A DNA stretch of 64,000 nucleotides, from contig CAISJD010000006.1 of the NCBI GenBank assembly GCA_903885605.1, positions 3,625-67,624 on the forward strand. The letters run 5' to 3'. The translations under genes were made by a program, and so were the position numbers. Position 1 is the first letter of the stretch. Each line of letters opens with the position of its first letter. The notes below the pieces were generated by a model. The model worked only from the letters and a program-made list of their open reading frames with translations. It ran no database searches and had not been told where the DNA came from. The stretch comes from an uncultured Chthonomonas sp. GTDB lineage: Bacteria; Armatimonadota; Chthonomonadetes; Chthonomonadales; CAJBBX01. Below, piece after piece: positions 8,895 through 17,479 of this stretch.

Positions 8895-9737
8895 CTACGG
8901 CTCGCAGACGACGCGGAAGCCGCAGAACGACCCGTCGGATAGCCACCACTTGCTCTTGGGAATCTGCGGGTCCGTCTCGTTCCACGCCGATGTCTGCCAG
9001 GCGCGGGCGCCGGGACCCACCTGCGGAGCCTTGTCGTTCCAGCTTCCGCCGCAGAGGACCGGCTTGCCGTCACGGCCCACACACCACTCGCCCGCGTTGC
9101 CGATCATGTCGAAGAGGCCGAGGGCGTTGGCTGCCTTCTTGGCTACCGCATGCGTCTGTCCGCCGCCGTTTGCGTCATACCATGCCGACTTGGCCAGGGC
9201 CGCCGGAACCACCAGTGTGGCGGGCGCGGCGCCGGCGCGGCAGGCCAGTTCCCACTCAGCCTCGGTGGGCAGGCGGAACTTCTTGCCGCTTACCAGCGAG
9301 AGCCACTTGCAGTAGGTCTCGCCGCTGTAGGGCGTGACGTTGATGACGGGGAAGCCCGCATGGCCCCAGCCGAGGTCGGCGGGGACGTAGGGACGGCTGG
9401 GCCGGGAGACGGCATCGGCGCCGGTGGCGCCGGCGGCGGCGCCCGCTGAGAGCGCCGTGGTCGAGAAGGGATCGTACTGGTCCCAGGTCAACTCCGTCTT
9501 GGCGATCCAGAACGGCTTCACGGTGACGGAGGCCTTCTCGGCCTTGCCTGGCACCGCGTCGAGCACGATGACACCGCCCTTGACGGGTACCATCTCGATC
9601 TTAGCCACCGTCTTCGGTAGCGTCACGGCGAAGGGCGCCGGCGCCTGGGCCGATGCACCGGCCGCCGATACGAGGACAGAGACCAGCCCGAGCAGGCGCG
9701 CGACGCCTGCCTGTGAGAAACGACCGTTGAGAAACAT
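8895..9737 (-). CDS. FGE-sulfatase / SUMF1-domain protein (formylglycine-generating-enzyme family), secreted
   Basis: Sec-type signal ...LVSAAGASAQA. Family motifs RLPTEAEWE, GNAGEWC, GGSW and a C-terminal GFRVV. GGAAGG SD 6 nt upstream of the ATG. Confidence 0.7.
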   Translation of the reverse strand: MFLNGRFSQAGVARLLGLVSVLVSAAGASAQAPAPFAVTLPKTVAKIEMVPVKGGVIVLDAVPGKAEKASVTVKPFWIAKTELTWDQYDPFSTTALSAGAAAGATGADAVSRPSRPYVPADLGWGHAGFPVINVTPYSGETYCKWLSLVSGKKFRLPTEAEWELACRAGAAPATLVVPAALAKSAWYDANGGGQTHAVAKKAANALGLFDMIGNAGEWCVGRDGKPVLCGGSWNDKAPQVGPGARAWQTSAWNETDPQIPKSKWWLSDGSFCGFRVVCEP

Positions 9738-10695
9738 GCATTACCTTCCATGGGTCAGGCTTGTCAGCGCGGCGGCAGCCGTAGCCGTCGTCACGCCTCC
9801 AAGCGCCGCAGTCTCGCTCGAACGCTATGAGTATACGCAATACGTGATGGGCGTTCAAGCACGCATCGTGATGTATGACGTATCTGAGGCGCGAGCCGTG
9901 CGCGGCGCCAGGGCCGCATTCGACCGCATGACCGCCCTTGACGCCTCGATGAGCGACTACAAGGCCGACAGCGAGCTCAACCGGCTCTGCAAGACGGCGG
10001 CGCATCGACCGACCCCCGTAAGCCGTGACCTGTACGAGGCGCTTCGCCTGGGCGCACAGGTGTCGGCGCGCAGTGCGGGCGCATTCGACGTGACGGTGGG
10101 TCCCCTGGTCGCCCTGTGGCGCGCGGCCCGTAAGTCCGGCGCCCTGCCTGACCAGGCCAGGTTGGCACAGGTGCGTCTGAGCGTCGGCTGGGGCCTCGTG
10201 CGCCTCCGCAGGGATCGCACCGTGGAGCTGCTGGCAACCGACATGCGCCTCGACCTGGGCGGCATCGCCAAGGGCTACGCCTGCGACGCTGCCCTCGCCG
10301 CGCTGAAGCGCGCAGGCTGCCGCAGGGCGCTGGTAGAGATGGGCGGCGACCTGGTGGTCGGCGACGCGCCGCCGGGCGCCGACGGCTGGCAGGTTGAGGT
10401 CGCCAATCCCGGCCCCGGTAGCCCGCGCGTCATGCTCTCCGTCACCCGGTGCGGCGTCTCCACATCCGGTGACACGGAGCAGTTCGTCGAGATCGGCGGC
10501 AAGCGCTACTCGCATGTGGTCGACCCGGCCACGGGCATGGGGCTCACGACGCGCTGTGCGGCCACGGTGATCGCGCCCTGCGGCGCCCTGTCCGATGCAT
10601 TGTCGACGGCCGCGTGCGTGATGGGGCCGGAGCGTGGCAAGGCGCTGGTGGCGACGCAGAAAGGCTGTCGCAGCCTGATTCGGGTTGTCGAGTGA
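9736..10695 (+). CDS. apbE: FAD:protein FMN transferase (ApbE family)
   Basis: Motifs LDLGGIAKGYACD, TSGDTEQF and RYSHVVDPATG. The start is uncertain. ATG 9736 gives a hydrophobic signal-like N-terminus but overlaps the divergent start. The alternative GTG 9844 / ATG 9847 lies 6-9 nt after a TATACG box. Confidence 0.75.
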   Translation: MHYLPWVRLVSAAAAVAVVTPPSAAVSLERYEYTQYVMGVQARIVMYDVSEARAVRGARAAFDRMTALDASMSDYKADSELNRLCKTAAHRPTPVSRDLYEALRLGAQVSARSAGAFDVTVGPLVALWRAARKSGALPDQARLAQVRLSVGWGLVRLRRDRTVELLATDMRLDLGGIAKGYACDAALAALKRAGCRRALVEMGGDLVVGDAPPGADGWQVEVANPGPGSPRVMLSVTRCGVSTSGDTEQFVEIGGKRYSHVVDPATGMGLTTRCAATVIAPCGALSDALSTAACVMGPERGKALVATQKGCRSLIRVVE

Positions 10696-10701
10696 AGCGA
10701 A

Positions 10702-10720
10702 GCCGTGCACATGACACGGC
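10702..10720 (+). terminator. Weak 6-bp hairpin after apbE
   Basis: gccgtg, loop cacatga, cacggc. Short stem and no U-tract. Confidence 0.25.
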
Positions 10721-10741
10721 ATTCCATGAAAGGGACATTGC

Positions 10742-12187
10742 GTGAACGTTAGATTAACCGACGGTCGAGACCTGCCCATCGAGATGCACAAGGTTCGCAT
10801 CGTACAGCGGACGCGCCTGGCGCCGGCAGCCGAGCGCCTGGCCGCCATGCAGGAGGCAGGCTACAACACCTTCCTGCTCCGCACCCGCGATGTCTTCATC
10901 GACATGCTGACTGACAGCGGCACCAACGCCATGAGCGACTGCCAGCTGGCGGCCATGATGGTGGCGGACGACGCCTACGCCGGCGGCGAGAGCTACTACC
11001 GCCTGGCCGACGCCATCCGCGATGTCCTGGGCCTGGAGCACTTCCTGCCCGTGCATCAGGGCCGAGCCGCGGAGCACCTGATCGCCAAGACCTTCGTCAA
11101 GCCCGGCCACAAGGTCATCACGAACTACCACTTCACGACCACTCGCGCGCACTTCGAGCTGATGGGCGGCGAAGTGCTGGAGCTCTACACCTCCGAGGCG
11201 CTGAAGACCGACAGCACGCACCCGTTCAAGGGCAACATGGATATCAACCGGCTGGAGGCCGCCATTGCCGAGCACGGCGCCGAGGCGATCCCCTTCATCC
11301 GCATGGAGTGCACCACCAACCTGATCGGCGGCCAGCCCTTCTCCATGGCAAACCTCCGCGACGTGAGCCGCATCGCCCGGCGGCACGGCATCATGCTCAT
11401 CCTGGACACGAGCCTGATCAGCGAGAACGCCTACTTCATCAAGCGGCGTGAGGCCGAGTACTTCGACGCGAGCATCGGCGATATCGTGAAGGCGATGCTT
11501 GCAGAGGCCGACATGATGTACATGTCGGGCCGCAAGAGCACCTGCGTCCGCGGCGGGATCATCGCCACCAACCGCCGCGAGATCTTCGATGCGATCCGGC
11601 CCTGGCTGCCCGTCTACGAGGGCTTCCTCACCTACGGCGGCATGTCGAGCAAGGAGATCGAGGCCATGGCGGTGGGCCTCCGTGAGATGACCGACCTGGA
11701 GGTGGCGAGCAGCTCGGCCGACCTGATCGCCCACTTCGTCGCGCGCATGGTCGAGGAGGGCATCCCCGCCGTGACGCCTCCGGGCGGGCTCGCCGGCCAC
11801 GTAGACGCCTCCAAGCTGCTTCCCCACCTGCCACAGACCGTCTATCCGGCGGGCGCGCTGGCCGCGGCGGTCTACCTCACTTCCGGGGTCCGCACCATGG
11901 AGCGCGGCACGGTCAGCACCGACCGTGATGTGCACGGCAACGAGGTGATGGGCGACCTGGAGCTGGCGCGGTTCGCGGTACCCCGCCGCGTCTACACAAT
12001 GAGCCACATCGAGTACGTGGTGGATCGGTTGAAGTGGCTGAAGGAGCACGCCGACCTCGTGGGCGGCCTCCGCTTCGTGGAGGAGCCGCCGGTACTCCGC
12101 TTCTTCTTCGGGAAGATGGAGGATCTGGGCGGCTGGGGCGCACGGCTTGCCGCGGCATTCGAGAAGGACTTCGGCCCCGAGGCATAG
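10742..12187 (+). CDS. Tryptophanase / tyrosine phenol-lyase family PLP enzyme (beta-eliminating lyase)
   Basis: 481 aa with a GTG start after AAAGGGA. N-terminal IEMHKVRIVQ...R...AGYNTFLL...VFIDMLTDSGTNAMSD and the PLP-lysine region MSGRKSTCVRGG are typical of the family. Tnase versus TPL cannot be resolved by eye. Confidence 0.8.
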   Translation: MNVRLTDGRDLPIEMHKVRIVQRTRLAPAAERLAAMQEAGYNTFLLRTRDVFIDMLTDSGTNAMSDCQLAAMMVADDAYAGGESYYRLADAIRDVLGLEHFLPVHQGRAAEHLIAKTFVKPGHKVITNYHFTTTRAHFELMGGEVLELYTSEALKTDSTHPFKGNMDINRLEAAIAEHGAEAIPFIRMECTTNLIGGQPFSMANLRDVSRIARRHGIMLILDTSLISENAYFIKRREAEYFDASIGDIVKAMLAEADMMYMSGRKSTCVRGGIIATNRREIFDAIRPWLPVYEGFLTYGGMSSKEIEAMAVGLREMTDLEVASSSADLIAHFVARMVEEGIPAVTPPGGLAGHVDASKLLPHLPQTVYPAGALAAAVYLTSGVRTMERGTVSTDRDVHGNEVMGDLELARFAVPRRVYTMSHIEYVVDRLKWLKEHADLVGGLRFVEEPPVLRFFFGKMEDLGGWGARLAAAFEKDFGPEA

Positions 12188-12212
12188 ATTCGGCGGCTGG
12201 CCTGCGGCGGCT

Positions 12213-12238
12213 GGGCCCATGGGATCCCCCGTGGGCCC
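12213..12238. terminator. 7-bp GC hairpin between convergent genes
   Basis: gggccca (12213-12219) ... tgggccc (12232-12238). Confidence 0.4.
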
Positions 12239-12252
12239 CTGACTTTGGTCAG

Positions 12253-13623
12253 CTACACGTCGGCGTCCGGACGGCGCGCCGCGAGCCGAGCCCGAACCTT
12301 CGCCTCGTAGCCGATCTCCTTGGGCTCGTAGTAGGGCCGCGACCGCGCCTCGGCGGGCAGGTACTCCTGCGCCACCCAGCCGCCGGGGTGATCGTGCGGG
12401 TAGAGGTAGCCCTGGCCGTGGCCGAACTGCTCGAGCCCCGAGTGCGGGGCGTTGCGGAGGTGGAGCGGCGCCTGGGCCGCGCCGCGGCTCTTGATGTCCT
12501 CCATGGCGCGTGTCAGGGCCACCATGGAGGCATTGCTCTTGGCTGCTGATGCCAGGTAGGTCGTGGCCTGCGCCAGCGTGAGCTGCGCCTCGGGCATGCC
12601 GATCATCTGTACCGACTGCGCTGCAGCCGAAGCGACCAGTAGCGCCATCGGATCGGCATTACCCACATCCTCGGAGGCGAGGATCACCAAGCGCCTGGCG
12701 ATGAAGCGCGGGTCCTCGCCTGCCATGAGCATTTTGGCCAGCCAGTAGACCGCTGCGTCGGGATCAGAGCCGCGCACCGACTTGATGAAGGCTGAGATCG
12801 TATCGTGATGCTCGTCGCCCGTGGCGTCGTAGGCGATGGCGCGTCGTTGGACGGCCTCCTCGGCAACGGACAACGTGATCCGCCGGGCGCCCGGCTCAGC
12901 CTCGCGGACGAGGCCCGCGGCCGCCTCCAGTGAGTTCAGCCCGGTGCGTGCGTCGCCGCCGGACGCCCGAACGATGTGGTCCAGGGCGTCGTCATCCACC
13001 TCGATCCCGAACGCGCCGAGGCCCCTGTCGCTGTCTGCCAGTGCGCCGAGGAGGATCGAGCGAATGCCGGCCTCGTCCAACGGACTGAGCCGATAGATGC
13101 GCGACCGGCTGATAAGCGGACCGTTCACCGAAAAGTAGGGGTTCTCCGTGGTGGCCCCCACCATGACGATGATGCCCTCCTCGACGTGCGGGAGCAGAGC
13201 GTCCTGCTGGGCCCGGTTCCAGCGGTGAATCTCATCGATGAAGAGGATCGTACGCCGGCCCAGCCGCTTCCGCCGCTCCCGGGCGCGGGCGATGACCTGC
13301 CGCAGCTCGGGCACACCCGACGTGACCGCCGAGAAGGGCTCGAACGCCGAGCGCGTGCCGTTGGCCACGATGCCCGCCAGCGTCGACTTTCCGCAACCAG
13401 GTGGACCCCAGAGCAGGATGGACGAGAGCCTGTCGGTCTCGATGGCCTGCCGCAAGCCGGTGCCGGCGCCGACGATCTCCTGCTGGCCCACGAACTCCGC
13501 CAACGTGCGGGGACGCATACGTGCCGCCAGCGGCGCGTCCGGCCCCGGCCCGAGCCGCTCCCCTGCAGCCTCCGGCAACTCGTCGCCGAGGAGACCCCCA
13601 TCCTGATGCTGTTTGGCGCCCAT
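12253..13623 (-). CDS. rarA: Replication-associated recombination protein A (AAA+ ATPase)
   Basis: Walker A GPPGCGKSTLA, Walker B ILFIDEIHRWN, and a conserved MgsA C-terminal region (YLYPHD...). Start taken at the ATG at 13623, 7 nt after a TGcTATAGT box. Confidence 0.9.
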   Translation of the reverse strand: MGAKQHQDGGLLGDELPEAAGERLGPGPDAPLAARMRPRTLAEFVGQQEIVGAGTGLRQAIETDRLSSILLWGPPGCGKSTLAGIVANGTRSAFEPFSAVTSGVPELRQVIARARERRKRLGRRTILFIDEIHRWNRAQQDALLPHVEEGIIVMVGATTENPYFSVNGPLISRSRIYRLSPLDEAGIRSILLGALADSDRGLGAFGIEVDDDALDHIVRASGGDARTGLNSLEAAAGLVREAEPGARRITLSVAEEAVQRRAIAYDATGDEHHDTISAFIKSVRGSDPDAAVYWLAKMLMAGEDPRFIARRLVILASEDVGNADPMALLVASAAAQSVQMIGMPEAQLTLAQATTYLASAAKSNASMVALTRAMEDIKSRGAAQAPLHLRNAPHSGLEQFGHGQGYLYPHDHPGGWVAQEYLPAEARSRPYYEPKEIGYEAKVRARLAARRPDADV

Positions 13624-13630
13624 GGGGCGT

Positions 13631-13639
13631 ACTATAGCA
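13631..13639 (-). promoter_or_regulatory. Extended -10 box TGCTATAGT for rarA. It implies a leaderless or near-leaderless mRNA.
   Basis: The reverse complement of 13631-13639 is tgctatagt. The ATG follows after 7 nt and there is no SD. Confidence 0.5.
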
Positions 13640-13662
13640 CACCCCGCCTGCGCCGACGCGGG

Positions 13663-13668
13663 TAGAAT
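13663..13668 (+). promoter_or_regulatory. -10 box (G)TAGAAT for the MBL hydrolase gene
   Basis: gggTAGAATcc lies 10 nt before ATG 13679, with no SD. The same GTAGAAT heptamer occurs at 19371 and 31465. Confidence 0.45.
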
Positions 13669-13678
13669 CCGGCCCACC

Positions 13679-14440
13679 ATGCGCATGACAATCCTGGGTT
13701 CCGGCACGTCGCACGGCGTGCCCATGATCGGTTGCCGCTGTCACGTCTGTACGTCCACCGACCCGCGGAACCGGCGATTGAGGCCATCGGCCTGCGTCAC
13801 CAACGGCTCCGAGACGGTCCTGATCGACGCCACGCCGGAGCTGCGCCTGCAGGCGCTGGCTGTGGGCCTTGACCGCCTGCACGCCGTCCTGGTCACCCAC
13901 ACCCATGCCGACCACATCATGGGCCTGGACGATATCCGCCGGTTCAACGACCTCGCCGGCAGGAGCCTGCCTATCTACGGCTCGCAGGAGTCGCTGGACG
14001 ATATCCGCCGCATCTTCCAGTACGCCTTCATGGAGACCCAGATGGGCGGGGGCAAGCCGCGGCTCGACCTGGCGCTGCTCGACGGCACTGCCCGGATTTG
14101 CGGCATGGACGTGACGCCGGTGCCCGTACTCCACGGCTCCTTGCCGATCCTCGCCTACCGGATCGGCGATGTCGCCTATGTCACGGATGTGAACTACATC
14201 CCGCCGGACAGCATGGCGATGCTGCGCGGACTCCGGCTACTCGTGCTGGATGCCGTGCGGCCGCTGGCGCATTCGACCCATTTCGGGCTCGAGCAGGCCG
14301 TCCCCATCGCCGCCGAGCTCGGGGCCGAGCGGACGCTCTTCACGCATCTCTCGCACGCCTACGACCACGCAAAGACCAACGCCATGTTGCCCGCGGGCAT
14401 GGAGTTGGCATACGACGGCCAGGTCATCGACCTGGATTGA
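13679..14440 (+). CDS. MBL-fold metallo-hydrolase (PhnP-like)
   Basis: LGSGTSHGVP, CxCxxC (CRCHVC) and the metal motif THTHADH. 253 aa from ATG 13679. Confidence 0.75.
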   Translation: MRMTILGSGTSHGVPMIGCRCHVCTSTDPRNRRLRPSACVTNGSETVLIDATPELRLQALAVGLDRLHAVLVTHTHADHIMGLDDIRRFNDLAGRSLPIYGSQESLDDIRRIFQYAFMETQMGGGKPRLDLALLDGTARICGMDVTPVPVLHGSLPILAYRIGDVAYVTDVNYIPPDSMAMLRGLRLLVLDAVRPLAHSTHFGLEQAVPIAAELGAERTLFTHLSHAYDHAKTNAMLPAGMELAYDGQVIDLD

Positions 14441-14525
14441 GCCGCTCAGCGCCGCTCGGCAGGAATCCGGCGGCCGATGTCGCAATACCCATCCATCGAC
14501 CACTCCAGCCAGGGAGGCTACGCTC

Positions 14526-15962
14526 ATGAAGATCGCCATGATCGGCGCGGGAAGCATCGTCTTCACCAAGACCCTGATGAACGACATGCTGAACACGCCC
14601 GCGTTGCAGGGGGCCACGTATGCCCTGATGAGCCCCACCGAGACGAAGCTGCGCCGCATGGAGGCCTTTGTCAACCGGATGATCCGGGATAACGGCCTGC
14701 CCGCGAGTTGCTACGCCACCACCGACCGCCAGGATGCCATCCGCGATGCCGACTTCGTCGTCTGCATGGTGCAGGTGGGCGGCACCGACGCGTTCCGCGT
14801 GGACTATGAAGTGCCGCTGAAGTACGGCGTCGACCAGTGCATCGGCGATAGCATGGGTCCCGGCGGCGTGCTGCGTGGCCTCCGGTCCATACCGGTCCTG
14901 ACGGGCATCGTGCAGGACATGGAGCGACTGGCCAAGCCGGGCGCCCTGCTGCTTAACTACACCAACCACATGGCCGCCTGCTGCTACGCGCTGGGCCGCG
15001 TGAGCAACGTGCCGTACATCGGCCTCTGCCACGGCGTGCAGACGACGCTGGACCTGATCTCGGGCTACGTTGAGGTGCCCAAGACCGAGATCGACTTCCT
15101 CTGCGCGGGCATCAACCACATGGGCTGGTTCCTGAAGCTGGAGCGCGAGGGGCAGGACCTCTACCCGCTCTTCAAGCAGCGCTGCGAGGAGCCGGGCTAC
15201 TACGTGAACGAGAAGGTCCGCATCGAGACGATGCGCCACTTCGGCTACTTCATGACCGAGAGCACCGGCCACCTCTCCGAGTACCTGCCCTGGTTCCGAA
15301 GCAGCAAGCGGGCCATGGAGCTCTACTGCGACGAGCCGGCCTTCGGCGGCGAGTCGGGGGCCTACTTCAAGTGGTCCGCGGTCGTGGCCGACAAGTACAC
15401 CCAGACCGACCCGCTTCAGTTCGAGTCGCCCCTGCTGGAGCCTAGGAGCGTCGAGTACTGCTCGCACCTGCTGGAGGCGGCGGCGACCGGCAAGCCGTTC
15501 CGGCTTCAGGGCAACGTGCGCAACGACGGCTACATCGACAACCTGCCTCGCGGGTGCTGCGTCGAGGTGCCCGTCTACGTGGACCGCGAAGGGCTCCACC
15601 CGCTGCGAGTGGGCAACCTGCCTCCGCAGTGCGCCGCCGCCAACCAGAGCAACGTCACCGTACAGACACTGGCCGTGGAGGCGGGCCTGAACGGCGACCC
15701 CGAACTGGCCATGAACGCCATCGCCATGGACCCGCTCACGTCGGCCTGCTGCACGCTGGCCGAGGTGCGCGAGATGACCGCCGAGATGCTGGCCGCTGAG
15801 GCGCAATGGTTGCCGCAGTTCGAGGGCAAGACGCTGAAGGCCACCCCCGCGATCAGCATTCCCGCCGACGTGGTGCGCGCCAACGTGCCGCTGGACCCGG
15901 CGCTGGCCATCGGCAAGCGGTTCGGAACGCTCGTCTCGCAGAACACCGACAGCCCGGCCTGA
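14526..15962 (+). CDS. Glycoside hydrolase family 4 alpha-galactosidase/alpha-glucosidase (NAD-dependent)
   Basis: GGGAGG SD. N-terminal Rossmann MKIAMIGAGS, plus GLCHGV and INHMGWF motifs. 478 aa. Confidence 0.8.
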   Translation: MKIAMIGAGSIVFTKTLMNDMLNTPALQGATYALMSPTETKLRRMEAFVNRMIRDNGLPASCYATTDRQDAIRDADFVVCMVQVGGTDAFRVDYEVPLKYGVDQCIGDSMGPGGVLRGLRSIPVLTGIVQDMERLAKPGALLLNYTNHMAACCYALGRVSNVPYIGLCHGVQTTLDLISGYVEVPKTEIDFLCAGINHMGWFLKLEREGQDLYPLFKQRCEEPGYYVNEKVRIETMRHFGYFMTESTGHLSEYLPWFRSSKRAMELYCDEPAFGGESGAYFKWSAVVADKYTQTDPLQFESPLLEPRSVEYCSHLLEAAATGKPFRLQGNVRNDGYIDNLPRGCCVEVPVYVDREGLHPLRVGNLPPQCAAANQSNVTVQTLAVEAGLNGDPELAMNAIAMDPLTSACCTLAEVREMTAEMLAAEAQWLPQFEGKTLKATPAISIPADVVRANVPLDPALAIGKRFGTLVSQNTDSPA

Positions 15963-15979
15963 CGGGTCGGATCGCCAAA

Positions 15980-16007
15980 TCCGGGGCGGCTCCGACGCCG
16001 CCCCGGA
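15980..16007. terminator. Perfect 11-bp GC hairpin between convergent genes
   Basis: tccggggcggc (15980-15990), loop tccgac, gccgccccgga (15997-16007). Confidence 0.5.
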
Positions 16008-16012
16008 GACCC

Positions 16013-17479
16013 TTACGGCGAGGTCAGGACCGGCCAGCCGTCCGTGCGGAACGGCGCGCACGGCAGGCCTGCCGAGTTCACCAGCGTGCCTTCGGGGAAG
16101 GCGCTCCAGGCGTAGCGCACAGCCTTCGGGTCGGGCACAGACTGGGAACGCACGACCACCACGGTCTCGCTTTCCAGCAGAGCCTGCGCCCAGACGAAGC
16201 GGCGGTCGGGGCCGGCGATCTGGAACCCGCGCAGCGGCAGTTCAGACGCCTTCAGCGGGCCGGTGGCGGCGTCGAAGGTGAGGCGCACCGCACCTCCCTC
16301 CGCAGACCACCGGAGCAGCCTGGGCCCCGATGCGCGCACCACGCGCCCATAGGCCACGCTCAACGCCTGCAGCGCCAACCTACGGCCCACTTCCGCCTTG
16401 TTCTTCGGATGGATGTTCTTGCGGTCACCGATGTCGTGCGTGACCACCAGGCCGCAACGGGTGAGCCGAGACGCCGCGTTCGCCTGGGCCTCGCGCACCT
16501 CTGCCAGCTTGTGATCGGCAGGCTCTGCGGTGGGCTCTCCGTGGCCCTGTAGCTGGACGATCAGGAAGGGCATCGACGGATCGCCCCAGCGTTCGCGCCA
16601 GTCGTTCACCATGGCGACGAGGGAACGCTCGTAGGCCAGACCGATGGAGGTATCCGACTCGCCCTGGTACCACGCCACGCCCTTGATGGCCATGGGGATC
16701 AGCGGGGCCACCATCCCGTTGAACGCCGCAGACGGCAGGTTCATGCGCGGGTCAGCGAGGGCGGGGATCACCTCAAACTCCGGCAACGCGGCGGCCGCCG
16801 CCGGCAGGCCCGCCCGCTTAAGCCCATCGTGGCTGGTCCAGGTACAGACCTTGGTGCCCATCCACGCGACCTGGATCAGGCCGATCGGCACCTTGAGCTC
16901 CTCGTACAGCCGGACGCCCATCGTGTAGGCCGCCGCCGAGAACCCGCCCCATCCGACGGTGGTGGACCCGACCGCCGCCGGGCTACAGACGCGCCAATAG
17001 CCCTCAACCTGCGAACTGGGAGCCGCCGCAACGGCGTGGGGAGCCATGAAGAGGCGAATGGCGGGGTTTGTGGCCCTGGCGGCCTCCGCGGGGCCGTCCT
17101 GGGCGAGAAGGACCCCCATCTCCATGTTCGACTGCCCTGCGCAGAGCCAGACATCGCCCATCAGGATGTCACGGCGCTCGGTCTCCCGATCCGGGGCCTG
17201 GACCTTGAGCAGGTGCGGTCCGCCCGCCGGCTGTGCCGGAAGCCTGGCCATCCACTTGCCGTCGGCGCCGGCGACCGCCTGCGCTGTGGCGGCGCCCAAG
17301 GTCACCATCACGGTGGCGCCGGGCCTGTGCCAACCCCAGACCGGCACGGCAACGTCACGCTGCAGCACCGCGTGGTCCTCAAAGGCGGGCGATAGGAAGG
17401 GCCTGGGCGGCGCCGCCTGCCCCGCCGCGCCGATAGCGCAGGCCACGAACAGGGCGGCCGACGCGAAGGCCCTAGTCAC
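16013..17479 (-). CDS. Sialate O-acetylesterase-like carbohydrate esterase (SASA family), secreted
   Basis: FEDHAVLQRD..PVWGW and CAGQSNMEMG motifs. Start ambiguous: GTG 17479 gives a normal Sec signal (M)TRAFASAALFVACAIGAAGQA, while ATG 17530 and ATG 17596 (GGAGGTG SD) would overlap the ABC-F gene by 59 or 125 nt. Confidence 0.65.
   Translation of the reverse strand: MTRAFASAALFVACAIGAAGQAAPPRPFLSPAFEDHAVLQRDVAVPVWGWHRPGATVMVTLGAATAQAVAGADGKWMARLPAQPAGGPHLLKVQAPDRETERRDILMGDVWLCAGQSNMEMGVLLAQDGPAEAARATNPAIRLFMAPHAVAAAPSSQVEGYWRVCSPAAVGSTTVGWGGFSAAAYTMGVRLYEELKVPIGLIQVAWMGTKVCTWTSHDGLKRAGLPAAAAALPEFEVIPALADPRMNLPSAAFNGMVAPLIPMAIKGVAWYQGESDTSIGLAYERSLVAMVNDWRERWGDPSMPFLIVQLQGHGEPTAEPADHKLAEVREAQANAASRLTRCGLVVTHDIGDRKNIHPKNKAEVGRRLALQALSVAYGRVVRASGPRLLRWSAEGGAVRLTFDAATGPLKASELPLRGFQIAGPDRRFVWAQALLESETVVVVRSQSVPDPKAVRYAWSAFPEGTLVNSAGLPCAPFRTDGWPVLTSP

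Noticed and set aside
8801-9082. N-terminal extensions of the longest-ORF calls. Examples: 7514..9082, 12253..13725, 21741..24515, 28573..31578, 37022..38716, 52706..54556, 20126..21907, 14250..15962, 26963..28513, 56149..57795.
   Set aside because: The extensions are Arg/Ser/Pro-rich and often overlap the neighbouring gene. Each is followed by an internal start with a strong SD or -10 box and a sensible N-terminus, either a signal peptide or a conserved family start.
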